From positions 886 to 64,885 of the forward strand of contig CAMQVI010000004.1 of the NCBI GenBank assembly GCA_947038195.1: a stretch of DNA of 64,000 nt, read 5' to 3'. Shown one piece after another: positions 48,912 through 57,578 of this stretch (its first letter is position 1; each line of letters starts with the position of its first letter). The notes beneath the pieces are model-generated. The model worked only from the letters and a program-made list of their open reading frames with translations. It was not told the origin of the DNA and searched no databases. This DNA is from an uncultured Brevinema sp. Its GTDB lineage: Bacteria; Spirochaetota; Brevinematia; Brevinematales; Brevinemataceae. A program made the position numbers and the translations under genes.

Positions 48912-49469
48912 TTAGGGCGTGTCTGCTAACAATTCCCATTTGTCGTCTGCTATGCTAGGGAAAGTCTTTTTATCCCAATTTTTTAGAGCTCCCAATCCTA
49001 TTTTAGGATTACTGCCTCTATAGATGGTATTATTAGAAACTCTTATTATGTGAAGGGCGCCTTCTCCTAAATCAGAATTTCCATAAATAGGGTATACCAT
49101 AAGGGCTGTTTTCCCGTCTATAAAGGAATAGGGGTATAGCGATTTATTCTCATTGTATAGTAATTTATAAAAAAGATGTGCGTCAGATCCGAAATCTGGG
49201 GTACTATTCCATAAATCGCCTGCATCTTTAAACAATAACTCTATATTTAATGCCCCAACTCCAAAAAGCTTACTATTACCTGTATAGCGATTTATATCTG
49301 TTATATCTTTAGTATTTTCTAACCACTCTCTATGATACTTAGCCTGTATGGCTGGGTCTGTATCTAAATTTTTGTCAAAAGCCTTGTTCTCTGGAATTAA
49401 ACTACAAGATACCATAAAAGTAATTAGTAGTAATCCAAAATTAATTTTATTAATTCTTTTAATATTCAT
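48912..49469 (-). CDS. Lipoprotein, unknown family (single-domain paralogue of the 509-aa protein N-terminus)
   Basis: Lipobox FMVSC. CSLIPE...DPAIQAKY..W......D......G.....G.GALN....FKDAGDLW aligns with the 509-aa protein. Confidence 0.75.
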   Translation of the reverse strand: MNIKRINKINFGLLLITFMVSCSLIPENKAFDKNLDTDPAIQAKYHREWLENTKDITDINRYTGNSKLFGVGALNIELLFKDAGDLWNSTPDFGSDAHLFYKLLYNENKSLYPYSFIDGKTALMVYPIYGNSDLGEGALHIIRVSNNTIYRGSNPKIGLGALKNWDKKTFPSIADDKWELLADTP

Positions 49470-49520
49470 TTTATATTTTTCTCCCCAGTAAAAACTAGGC
49501 TATGTTATTTTGAAAGGGGG

Positions 49521-51335
49521 CTAAAATTTATATTCTATTCCTAATTCTGCTCTAATCCCCGCATTATAAGGAGAATAGAGATTTTCTGGTATGGGTCTAT
49601 AAGATTGATTGGCAAGATTGAGAACATTAAAAATAAAAATCTTATAACGGAAATTCAAATCAAGATAATGGCGTGGTACCTCATCTACAATATATCCTTG
49701 ATTGGGCACCATAGCATGGAGACGGTAGCTCAAGCTGGCTAGCCATATATCGTCCATACTTCTAGCTGATAATTTGGCTGTCCATTTCCACATAGGTATA
49801 GTAGATGAAGAAAAACCGTCTTTATCTATACCCCAATGCCATGCTAAGGCTGTGTGAGCTGTTAATATCGTAGTATTTATGAGGTGCTTATATTCTCCTC
49901 CAATTTCGGCAGAGACATCGGTAACGGATTCGGAGTTCACAAGAACGTTGTCATCAGTAAGGCGAAAACTTCTTTTAAGCCACGAGTAAGAGAAGCTAGT
50001 ATAAAAGCGTCCTTTAGCTTGATTGACCCCTATTTCTAATCCTGTACGTAGTCCATCTTTAGGGAGTACTTGAGAATTAGGAAGAGGTGCAGTAGTGCCA
50101 AAGCCATAAGCTGTTGTAATATCTGGAACAATGTAAACACGGCTTATATGAGCAGAGCTATAAAAACCATTTTTATGCCTCAATCCCAAAGTAAAACTAG
50201 GGACTGGAGTATATAAACCCGTTTGGGCGAGTATCTGATTTAAGGAAAAATTAAAATCAAGGTTTATAGGGCGATTTTCTTCTTCTTTATAAATAGAAAC
50301 CCCAAATTCTGTTACAAGGCTAACAAAATGTTCTCCATTAACAGGCACCCCCAAGTAGTTATCTTTAGAAGCTCTAGACCCATCCTCTACGTTGTTATAC
50401 TCGTAACCAAAGGCAACATTATAATAAAAACGATCTATTTTATCTTTCGCCCCTAAGCTAACATTAAATTGATGATTGAGATAATCATTAGTAGTAGAGT
50501 CGCTTTGTACAAGGTGGTTATAGAGCGTGTAGTTAGCACTAAAGGTCATGATTTTATAATTATACCGTAGACCCATAATAAAATTATTTCTAGTCAATTC
50601 ATCTAAAGGAATTACACCTGTTCCTGTTTCTGAATAAGAATCAGTAAAGGTATTAGCGATAATAAATTCTAAATTTTTCCATACGGTTTTAGAAAGAAAA
50701 GAAAAACGTTCAAAACTAGAATTAGGATAAACTTCAAAATCATTACCATTATCAATAGCATAGTAATAATCAATAAATCCTATATCTCCTAAAATTCCGA
50801 AGAAAGTAGAACCATCTTTAAATGTTTTTTCGCCTTGAATTTTAGTGTATAAACTACCCGTAGTAGATCCTGTAGCTAAAATAGAAATAGAGTCTTCGTA
50901 ATTTATAGGAATACGAAAATCAATAAGACTTCCAGCATTCACCCCAAAAGGCACGAGATTTTGTTTGTAAATATCCACTCTTGTAGCAAAATCATAAGGT
51001 AAGAGATCTAATAAAATTTGCCCTTGACTAATAGAAGGGTCTTTAATGATAAAACCATCCAGACCTAAAATAGGAGGAGTGCTAGCTCCATCTACTCTTA
51101 AAGCTCCTATACGTCCTACTTCTGTAAATTCAGAAGTAACGGCGGCAGAATCAATAAGGTTGGCGGATGAGCCTTGAGTATTAAGGTCTGTACTTTGAAA
51201 ATTAAGTCCTGGTCTGTAATTTTGGGCGATATTTCTTTCTGTAGAAAGCCCAGATTCAAAATCACTATCTTGATCAGTTTCTTGTGTCCATAAAGTGTTG
51301 GTGAAGAATAATAAAAAAAGAATAATATAAGGCAT
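49521..51335 (-). CDS. Outer-membrane beta-barrel, TonB-dependent-receptor-like (BtuB-sized)
   Basis: RBS AAAGGA precedes the ATG at 51335 (track TTG start at 51356). Signal peptide, plug-like LRVDGAS...LGLDGFIIKD...RVDIYKQ...FGVNAGSLIDF, alternating beta-strand pattern, C-terminal ...LGIEYKF. Confidence 0.7.
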   Translation of the reverse strand: MPYIILFLLFFTNTLWTQETDQDSDFESGLSTERNIAQNYRPGLNFQSTDLNTQGSSANLIDSAAVTSEFTEVGRIGALRVDGASTPPILGLDGFIIKDPSISQGQILLDLLPYDFATRVDIYKQNLVPFGVNAGSLIDFRIPINYEDSISILATGSTTGSLYTKIQGEKTFKDGSTFFGILGDIGFIDYYYAIDNGNDFEVYPNSSFERFSFLSKTVWKNLEFIIANTFTDSYSETGTGVIPLDELTRNNFIMGLRYNYKIMTFSANYTLYNHLVQSDSTTNDYLNHQFNVSLGAKDKIDRFYYNVAFGYEYNNVEDGSRASKDNYLGVPVNGEHFVSLVTEFGVSIYKEEENRPINLDFNFSLNQILAQTGLYTPVPSFTLGLRHKNGFYSSAHISRVYIVPDITTAYGFGTTAPLPNSQVLPKDGLRTGLEIGVNQAKGRFYTSFSYSWLKRSFRLTDDNVLVNSESVTDVSAEIGGEYKHLINTTILTAHTALAWHWGIDKDGFSSSTIPMWKWTAKLSARSMDDIWLASLSYRLHAMVPNQGYIVDEVPRHYLDLNFRYKIFIFNVLNLANQSYRPIPENLYSPYNAGIRAELGIEYKF

Positions 51336-51370
51336 GATGGTCCTTTTATACTCCAAAGGGATAAGAAATC

Positions 51371-51648
51371 AAAAAACCGAAAAGATTAATACTTTTCGGG
51401 GATTTTAATAGAAAGGGATTATTACTAGATACACTAGTAGTGTAATACCAATCTTCCTTATTCCCGAGGAAGAAAATATTTTTCTAAAAACAAAAGCAGG
51501 TGTCCTGGCTCTCAGCTTACAAATACGCCTTCTCCATAAAATGAATGGCTTGTTGTATTTGCTACTACTGACTACAGTGTCGGGTAACGCATCGGAATTT
51601 AACCGATTTCCCTCTTAATTTTCTTATAACAGAAAAACTTTTATTTTT
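51371..51648 (-). promoter_or_regulatory. Cobalamin (B12) riboswitch with terminator-type expression platform
   Basis: The minus strand reads AGAGGGAAAUCGGUUAAAUUCCGAUGCGUUACCCGACACUGUAGUCAG ... GCCAUUCAUUUUAUGGAGAAGGCG ... GAGAGCCAGGACACCUGC (B12 box). Candidate P1 is AAAAAUAAAAG/CUUUUGUUUUU (51638..51648 with 51486..51496). Terminator CCGAAAAG-N7-CUUUUCGG plus U6 at 51371..51399. Confidence 0.85.
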
Positions 51649-51658
51649 AAGATATCCT

Positions 51659-51687
51659 ATTGTACTATGAAAGTGAATTCCTGTCAA
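51659..51687 (-). promoter_or_regulatory. Promoter TTGACA-17-TACAAT driving the riboswitch leader
   Basis: The minus strand reads ttgaca ggaattcactttcatag tacaat, ending about 10 nt before the riboswitch P1. Confidence 0.6.
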
Positions 51688-51732
51688 TAGGGATTTTATA
51701 TTAGTTACTTTTAGTTTTAACTCTATCTATTA

Positions 51733-52098
51733 CTATATAATAGATGAAAATTTATGATATTCTCTAATGTCTAAACGAGTTTTTGCAAAAAACAAATCTC
51801 GCTGATGGTAGGGATTATAATCCCATTCTATATGAAAAGGAGACAAGGTGACATTTTGGATTAATCCAAAATACGCTGCATAACGAAAAACTTCTTTAAT
51901 AATTTTTTCATAATCAGCACCTTGGTAGATCCCAAGTAAATTTTTAATTTCATAGTAGGATAAAGACAAAGTTTTAATAGGTGCATTTTCATAGCCACTA
52001 GGATGTTCTTCGAAAGCGAGCTGTTCTAATTTGTGTAAAGATAAAGAAATGTTTAGGTTTGCATAAATACCGTAGTAATTAAGACATGTGTCTAACAT
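51733..52098 (-). CDS. Hypothetical soluble protein, 121 aa
   Basis: ORF with a plausible RBS (AGGGG 6 nt upstream). No motif that I recognise. Confidence 0.4.
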   Translation of the reverse strand: MLDTCLNYYGIYANLNISLSLHKLEQLAFEEHPSGYENAPIKTLSLSYYEIKNLLGIYQGADYEKIIKEVFRYAAYFGLIQNVTLSPFHIEWDYNPYHQRDLFFAKTRLDIREYHKFSSII

Positions 52099-52294
52099 AA
52101 GAACCCCTATAGGATTTTATCAGAAAGGTAAGTTAATTCTGATTTGGTATCTTATTTTGCACAGTTTTTTATTTTTTGTCAAAAAAAAAGCATGTTTGTT
52201 TTTTATGAAAGTTAATTAAAAATGGACAATGATAAAAATAAGTACTATCTTTATGGTGGTTGTTCTAGCAAAGTATAATTCTTACACTCCTAAA

Positions 52295-52325
52295 CAAAAA
52301 ACCCTCGCATTGCGAGGGTTTTTTG
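52295..52325. terminator. Bidirectional terminator ccctcgca-t-tgcgaggg after uvrC
   Basis: A-run and T-run on either side, 13 nt from the uvrC stop. Confidence 0.8.
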
Positions 52326-52337
52326 TTTATATATATA

Positions 52338-54005
52338 TTATGATCTCATTTTTTTATCCATACGTCTATGGAGTTGGTACTGAGAAAAACGGTGAGATTC
52401 ATCTCTTACCCTCTGTATGAGGTGTAAAACAGGAGAGTTTTTGGGTAAAAGAGTACCGATCTTTTGTCTGGGTTTGAAAATTTCTTCTTCTTGTTTCGCA
52501 ATAGAAATAATATCTATATCTTTAATTTCTAATTTATCTAAAGCTTTTAGAGCAGAGCTTAGTTGCCCTTTACCCCCGTCTATAACAATGAGCTGAGGAA
52601 GGGTTTTCTTTTCGTCTAATAGTCTTTTATAACGTCTGTACACAGCCTCTTCCATAGCAATATAATCGTCTTGTTGATTTTCAGCCTTGATATTAAACAT
52701 TTTGTAAGAGGATTTATTAGGCTCCCCACCTTGGAATTGCACCATTACACCTGATGCTAAGGTGCCATCTAACTTAGCAATATCAAAACCCTCTATGATA
52801 GAAGGGAAGTTTTTGAGTTTTAATTCTTTTTGAAGATTGGTTAAGGTTTGGAGTAAATCTGGTTCTGATAGTATTTGCTCTAAGTGGACAAGTGCATTTT
52901 TTTCTGCCAAGGTTAACAGAGGATATTCTTGGCTATTTTCTTTAGTGGCACAACGTATTGTGATCGTAATATCATCTTCTTTAAGCCAATCACTTAATCC
53001 TTGTATCGTAGAGTCAAATTTTTCGTTGATTAAGATACTATGGGGCAAGGAATCATTAGCACTATATTTATTAATAATAAATTCTTCAAGAATTTCTTGA
53101 GTAGAGAATAGGGGTTTACTAGGGTCTTGCTTAACAATAAATCCCTCTTTTCCTGTGAGTTTACCCTGTCTTAACAAAGAAACCACAATTCCAAAAGTAC
53201 CATTTTTTTCTTCTATACCTATAATATCGATATCTTGGTCAGAAGTAATGTAGACATGTTGTTTTTCGTCTAGGGCATAGAGAGAATCCAATTGTTCTTT
53301 GTAAATTTGAGCTTTTTCAAAGAGCATTTCTTTAGCGGCAGCTTTCATTTTAGTTTTCAAGTCTTCGATGAGTGTGGCTTTATCACCCTTTAAAAAGTTG
53401 AGAGCCCCTTCTAGGTTTTCTTTATATTCCTCAGGGGAGATCTTGTTAATACAAGGGGCAGAACAGCGTCCCATATGATATTCTAAACATTCTTTTTTAG
53501 GAAGGATTTTACAAGTACGTAGCTGAAACATTTTTTGCAATATCTCTAAGGTAGCCCTCACGTTTCCTGCACTAGCATAAGGCCCAAAATACAAACCATC
53601 GTCCTCATATTTATTTCTCGTAATAAAAATTCTAGGAAAATCATCTTTTAAGGATACTTTAATATAAGGATAAAATTTTCCGTCTTTAAAATTAATATTA
53701 AATTTAGGGAGATGTTTTTTGATTAAAGTAGCTTCTAAAAATAAAGCTTCATTTTCATTATCAACGACAATAATATCAATATTTTTAATTTCTTGGACAA
53801 GGAGGTGTGTTTTTAAGTAAACAGGGGTTTTAATAAAATAAGAAGCCACTCTTTTACGAAGATTTTTAGCTTTTCCTATATATAAAATGGTATCATTACT
53901 ATCTTTATATATATAGACGCCAGGATTTTCTGGGATAGCACTTTTGGTTTCTGGGGTAAAAATTCCTGTAATTTGATGTATTTGGGAGGAAGTTTGTTTT
54001 TTCAT
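52338..54005 (-). CDS. uvrC: Excinuclease ABC subunit C
   Basis: 555 aa. GIY-YIG (PGVYIYKD...ILYIGKAKNLRKRV), UVR domain, and an endonuclease region IDGGKGQL. Confidence 0.92.
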   Translation of the reverse strand: MKKQTSSQIHQITGIFTPETKSAIPENPGVYIYKDSNDTILYIGKAKNLRKRVASYFIKTPVYLKTHLLVQEIKNIDIIVVDNENEALFLEATLIKKHLPKFNINFKDGKFYPYIKVSLKDDFPRIFITRNKYEDDGLYFGPYASAGNVRATLEILQKMFQLRTCKILPKKECLEYHMGRCSAPCINKISPEEYKENLEGALNFLKGDKATLIEDLKTKMKAAAKEMLFEKAQIYKEQLDSLYALDEKQHVYITSDQDIDIIGIEEKNGTFGIVVSLLRQGKLTGKEGFIVKQDPSKPLFSTQEILEEFIINKYSANDSLPHSILINEKFDSTIQGLSDWLKEDDITITIRCATKENSQEYPLLTLAEKNALVHLEQILSEPDLLQTLTNLQKELKLKNFPSIIEGFDIAKLDGTLASGVMVQFQGGEPNKSSYKMFNIKAENQQDDYIAMEEAVYRRYKRLLDEKKTLPQLIVIDGGKGQLSSALKALDKLEIKDIDIISIAKQEEEIFKPRQKIGTLLPKNSPVLHLIQRVRDESHRFSQYQLHRRMDKKMRS

Positions 54006-54107
54006 GGTCTTATTTTCTCAAACAATTCGTTTTTTTTCCGATTCATAATATAATTATATAAGATATCTCTTAAACAATCAAGAGAGTTTTTATGCTAAGG
54101 AATAATA

Positions 54108-55139
54108 ATGAAAATACTACACACCGCCGACCTCCACCTAAAAACTAAAGATCAGCTCACCATAGTCCAAAGTATTATAGATTTGGCAAAAAAAGAAAGA
54201 GTAGATTTGATCATTATTGCGGGAGATCTTTTTGATGCTACGGCTAATGGAAGAGTCCTTGAGACCGCGCTACTTCCTTTATGGAGTCATTTTGAGGGGG
54301 ATATTTTAGTAGTTCCTGGAAATCATGATTACAAATATCTTCAGCATAGAGACTCAGTAGCACCTAATGTCACCATTGCTCACAAAGCTCCCTACTCTGT
54401 GGCTAAAATAGAGGGAGTATATTTTGTATGTGTTCCCTACCAAGCTAATTGTAGTTTAGTAGATATTGAAATTCCTAGTTATGAACCGAGTATACTTATC
54501 ACCCATGGGACTTTTGGTGCTCAAAATTCAGAAAATTCTTATTTTCCTATTACATCCTCTGATGTAGGGGGAAAATACAGATACGTGGCTCTTGGTCACT
54601 ATCATACTTGGTTTGATAAATGGGTGGATGGCACCTTAGTTGTTAATCCTGGAGCACCTAGACAGACAAGAAAAACAGATAAAGGTCTTCGTTATGTATC
54701 TCTTGTAGATACTAATACTTGGATGATGGAAAGAGTGGCACTCTCCGTGTCTTTTGTGGAATATATAACTTTCCCTCTCTCTGTCATTGATTCAGAAGAA
54801 GATATAGAAGAAAGGTTATTAGCTGTTACCAAAACTCTAAAAACTAATCCTTATGCTACTTTAGAGATTGCCGTACAAGGTTCTGTTGTTTTTTCTAAAT
54901 TCTCTCTTTCCGAACATATTGATCAATGGAATACTTTTCTTAAAGATAATAATATTGATTCTCACCGTGTCCAATGGGATCTTTCTAAACTCACCCAAAT
55001 TTCTAAAGAATTAATGTACGCTTCGTTCACGAGATTGTTGGTGGATAAAATGTCAGACAACGAAGAAACAGACATTAATGATTTGGCACCATTTCTTTTT
55101 GAGCGTCTCCAGCAGGCTAATCAACAGCATTTAGAGTAA
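54108..55139 (+). CDS. Calcineurin-like metallophosphoesterase (SbcD/Mre11-like nuclease N-terminal domain)
   Basis: HTADLHL, AGDLFD, PGNHD, THG, GHYH motifs. The C-terminal ~120 aa are unassigned. No SbcC-like partner adjacent. Confidence 0.75.
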   Translation: MKILHTADLHLKTKDQLTIVQSIIDLAKKERVDLIIIAGDLFDATANGRVLETALLPLWSHFEGDILVVPGNHDYKYLQHRDSVAPNVTIAHKAPYSVAKIEGVYFVCVPYQANCSLVDIEIPSYEPSILITHGTFGAQNSENSYFPITSSDVGGKYRYVALGHYHTWFDKWVDGTLVVNPGAPRQTRKTDKGLRYVSLVDTNTWMMERVALSVSFVEYITFPLSVIDSEEDIEERLLAVTKTLKTNPYATLEIAVQGSVVFSKFSLSEHIDQWNTFLKDNNIDSHRVQWDLSKLTQISKELMYASFTRLLVDKMSDNEETDINDLAPFLFERLQQANQQHLE

Positions 55140-55232
55140 TTATTTTAAAAATATTTTGATTTCCTTTATTTTCATGCTATACTTTAATTGAAGATATAAA
55201 ATATCAACAATTAATTTTTTTAGGAGAGGTTA

Positions 55233-55814
55233 ATGAGTTTAGTTAACAAACCAGCACCAGATTTCACAGCTCAAGCTGTAGAGAAAGGGGAGATTAAAGA
55301 TATGCGGCTTTCTGATTTTAAAGGACAGCCTATTTTATTTTTCTTTTATCCTTTAAATTTCACTTTTGTTTGCCCAACAGAACTGCACGCTTTTAGTGAC
55401 AGTATGGAAGAGTTCGAAAAACGTGGAGTAAAAGTTATTGCCTGTTCTGTGGACTCAGTGATGTCCCATAAAGCATGGCTTAATACCCCTAGAGATAAAG
55501 GTGGGATTGAACACGTCGTGTACCCAATCGTCTCTGACTTAACCAAAACTATTTCTCGTGATTATGGTGTCTTAGTTGATGAAGGCGTAGCCCTTAGAGG
55601 TACTTTTTTAATCGATAAAGATTTTATTGTTCGTATGGAACAAGTTTACGACAAACCTTTAGGACGTTCTGTAGAGGAAACCTTGCGTGTTATTGATGCG
55701 TGGTTGTTCTTTGAAAAAAACGGGGAAGTGTGCCCTGCTAACTGGAAACCAGGTGATGACACCATGACAGAATCTGCTGCGGGTGTTAGTGATTACTTTG
55801 GTAAACATCATTAG
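55233..55814 (+). CDS. ahpC: Typical 2-Cys peroxiredoxin (AhpC)
   Basis: 193 aa. Peroxidatic FTFVCPTE and resolving EVCPANW. Confidence 0.93.
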   Translation: MSLVNKPAPDFTAQAVEKGEIKDMRLSDFKGQPILFFFYPLNFTFVCPTELHAFSDSMEEFEKRGVKVIACSVDSVMSHKAWLNTPRDKGGIEHVVYPIVSDLTKTISRDYGVLVDEGVALRGTFLIDKDFIVRMEQVYDKPLGRSVEETLRVIDAWLFFEKNGEVCPANWKPGDDTMTESAAGVSDYFGKHH

Positions 55815-55879
55815 ATAAACATAAAAGTGGTGCCTTTCGCCAGAAAGGTGCCCTTATTTTTAATAATAGCGAGTGTAAA

Positions 55880-56851
55880 ATGGATTTAAAGTTAAATTTG
55901 TCACTATTTTCTTCTGTTAAAGTTAATTTAGAAGAAAATGAAATATATGATGCCCTTATTATAGGTGGGGGTCCAGCGGCTATGAATGCCTTACTTTATT
56001 GTGGAAGAAAACGCCTTAAAGTAGGTATGATTACCCAAGATATAGGAGGGCAAATTATAAAAAGCTCTTCTATAGAAAATTGGCTAGGAGATGCAGACAT
56101 TAGAAGTTCTGTACTTGTCAACCGATTTTATGACCATGTCCAAAAATTTGAACTACCTATTAAGTTAGAAACCCAAGTGAAAGCGATAGAAACAGAAGGA
56201 AAGATAAAAAAAGTCAGTTGTAATAACGGTATGAGCTTTCAAGCGAAATCTATTATTATTGCAACGGGCAAGTCCCCTCGTTTACTAGGGATCCCTGGGG
56301 AAGAACAATTTACAGGTAAAGGGGTGGCTTATTGTACTACTTGTGATGGGCCTGCCTTTATTGATAAAAAAGTCATCGTTGTTGGTGGGGGAAATTCAGG
56401 AGTAGAAGCTGCTATTGATATGCTTAGCTATGCTAAAGAAGTAGTCATTGTACAAAATCTCTCTGAATTAACAGCTGACTCTGTCCTAGCGGAGAAAGTC
56501 CTCCATGATAGCAGAGTACATGTTATTTACGATTCTGTTTGTGTCCGTATAGAGGGGAATGACGGTGTTGAAAAACTAGTTGTTCTAAATACTGTCCAAA
56601 ATCAAGAAAGTGCCATTAAAACAGATGCCGTATTTGTAGAAATTGGACTAATCCCTACGAGTGGATTTGTTCCAGACAGCATTAAAAACAAAGGTGGAGA
56701 AATCATTGTAAAAAATGATTGTTCTACTGCTATTTCTGGGATCTTTGCTGCAGGCGATGTTACAGATGTGCCTTTCAAACAAGTTGTAATAGCTGCTGGT
56801 GAAGGAGCAAAAGCCGCTCTAGCTACTTATAATTATATAATCACCCAATAA
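55880..56851 (+). CDS. AhpF C-terminal-module homologue (FAD/NAD(P)H disulfide reductase)
   Basis: IIGGGPAAMNA, redox CTTCDG, GGGNSGVEAAID, and AhpF-like GGQI...IENW and VPFKQVVIAAGEGAKAAL. Confidence 0.85.
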   Translation: MDLKLNLSLFSSVKVNLEENEIYDALIIGGGPAAMNALLYCGRKRLKVGMITQDIGGQIIKSSSIENWLGDADIRSSVLVNRFYDHVQKFELPIKLETQVKAIETEGKIKKVSCNNGMSFQAKSIIIATGKSPRLLGIPGEEQFTGKGVAYCTTCDGPAFIDKKVIVVGGGNSGVEAAIDMLSYAKEVVIVQNLSELTADSVLAEKVLHDSRVHVIYDSVCVRIEGNDGVEKLVVLNTVQNQESAIKTDAVFVEIGLIPTSGFVPDSIKNKGGEIIVKNDCSTAISGIFAAGDVTDVPFKQVVIAAGEGAKAALATYNYIITQ

Positions 56852-56866
56852 AAAAACGAGGAAAAT

Positions 56867-57505
56867 ATGATATTTGATGAAGCAACAACAAAACAATTAA
56901 CAGGTATTTTAGCCGACATGGATAAACCTGTAAAAATAATTCTCTTTAAAGGAGATAACGATAAAAGTAAAGAAACAGAAGAATTCGTAACGGATTTTTC
57001 TGCTTTTAACCCTAAAATGTCTCTAACTATTTATGATATAGATAAAGATACAGAAAAAGCTAAAGAATGGAACGCCTTCGCTAGTCCAGCTATCTATGTA
57101 ACGACAGAAGATGAAAGCCAAAAAGGAGTAGGATTCTATGGTACTCCTGGTGGTTATGAGATCAGCTCTTTTCTTATGTCCGTTTTAGAAGTATCAGGAA
57201 AACACATGGAAACGATTTCCGATGCCCATAAAACAATTATTGATTCCGTAAAAGAAGTACTTCATATCTATACTTATATTTCTCTTACTTGCCCCCTATG
57301 CCCTCAAGCGGTAATGAATATACACCGTTTGGCTATCACCAATCCTAATATTAGAGCTTACATGGTAGAAGGTCCCGCTTTCAAAGAATATGCACAAAAA
57401 TTTAATGTTCAAGCGCTTCCTACTATAATTTTTGGAGAAAGTGATAAAACCTTAGTGGGTGAAAATGCAAGAGATTTCAACCAATTAGTAGATCTTTTAA
57501 AATAA
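56867..57505 (+). CDS. AhpF N-terminal-domain homologue (double thioredoxin-fold, glutaredoxin-like PDO)
   Basis: 212 aa. LTCPLCPQAV redox CxxC. Collinear with the E. coli AhpF NTD (KPV.(I/L)I..., G.P.G.E..S......, SLSCHNCPD, ...PA/PT..). Confidence 0.75.
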   Translation: MIFDEATTKQLTGILADMDKPVKIILFKGDNDKSKETEEFVTDFSAFNPKMSLTIYDIDKDTEKAKEWNAFASPAIYVTTEDESQKGVGFYGTPGGYEISSFLMSVLEVSGKHMETISDAHKTIIDSVKEVLHIYTYISLTCPLCPQAVMNIHRLAITNPNIRAYMVEGPAFKEYAQKFNVQALPTIIFGESDKTLVGENARDFNQLVDLLK

Positions 57506-57525
57506 TTTTAATTATATAAAAAAAT

Positions 57526-57558
57526 TAAAAAACCTCCTAAATTTTAGGAGGTTTTTTA
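57526..57558. terminator. Bidirectional terminator aacctcctaaa-t-tttaggaggtt
   Basis: Perfect 11-bp stem flanked by an A-run and a T-run. Confidence 0.8.
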
Positions 57559-57578
57559 TTTTATACTAGTAATATAAT

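Noticed and set aside
49521-51335. Firm annotation as btuB
   Set aside because: I could not identify a clear TonB box, and the plug motifs are degenerate. The call is kept as a TonB-dependent-receptor-like barrel whose B12 link rests on the riboswitch.
52229-52420. 63-aa plus-strand ORF
   Set aside because: It runs through the uvrC terminator and antisense into the uvrC 3' end, with no RBS.
55880-56851. Calling this gene generic thioredoxin reductase trxB
   Set aside because: Its position after ahpC and its AhpF-specific runs (GGQI..IENW, VPFKQVVIAAGEGAKA), together with the adjacent AhpF-NTD-like gene, favour an AhpF-module assignment.
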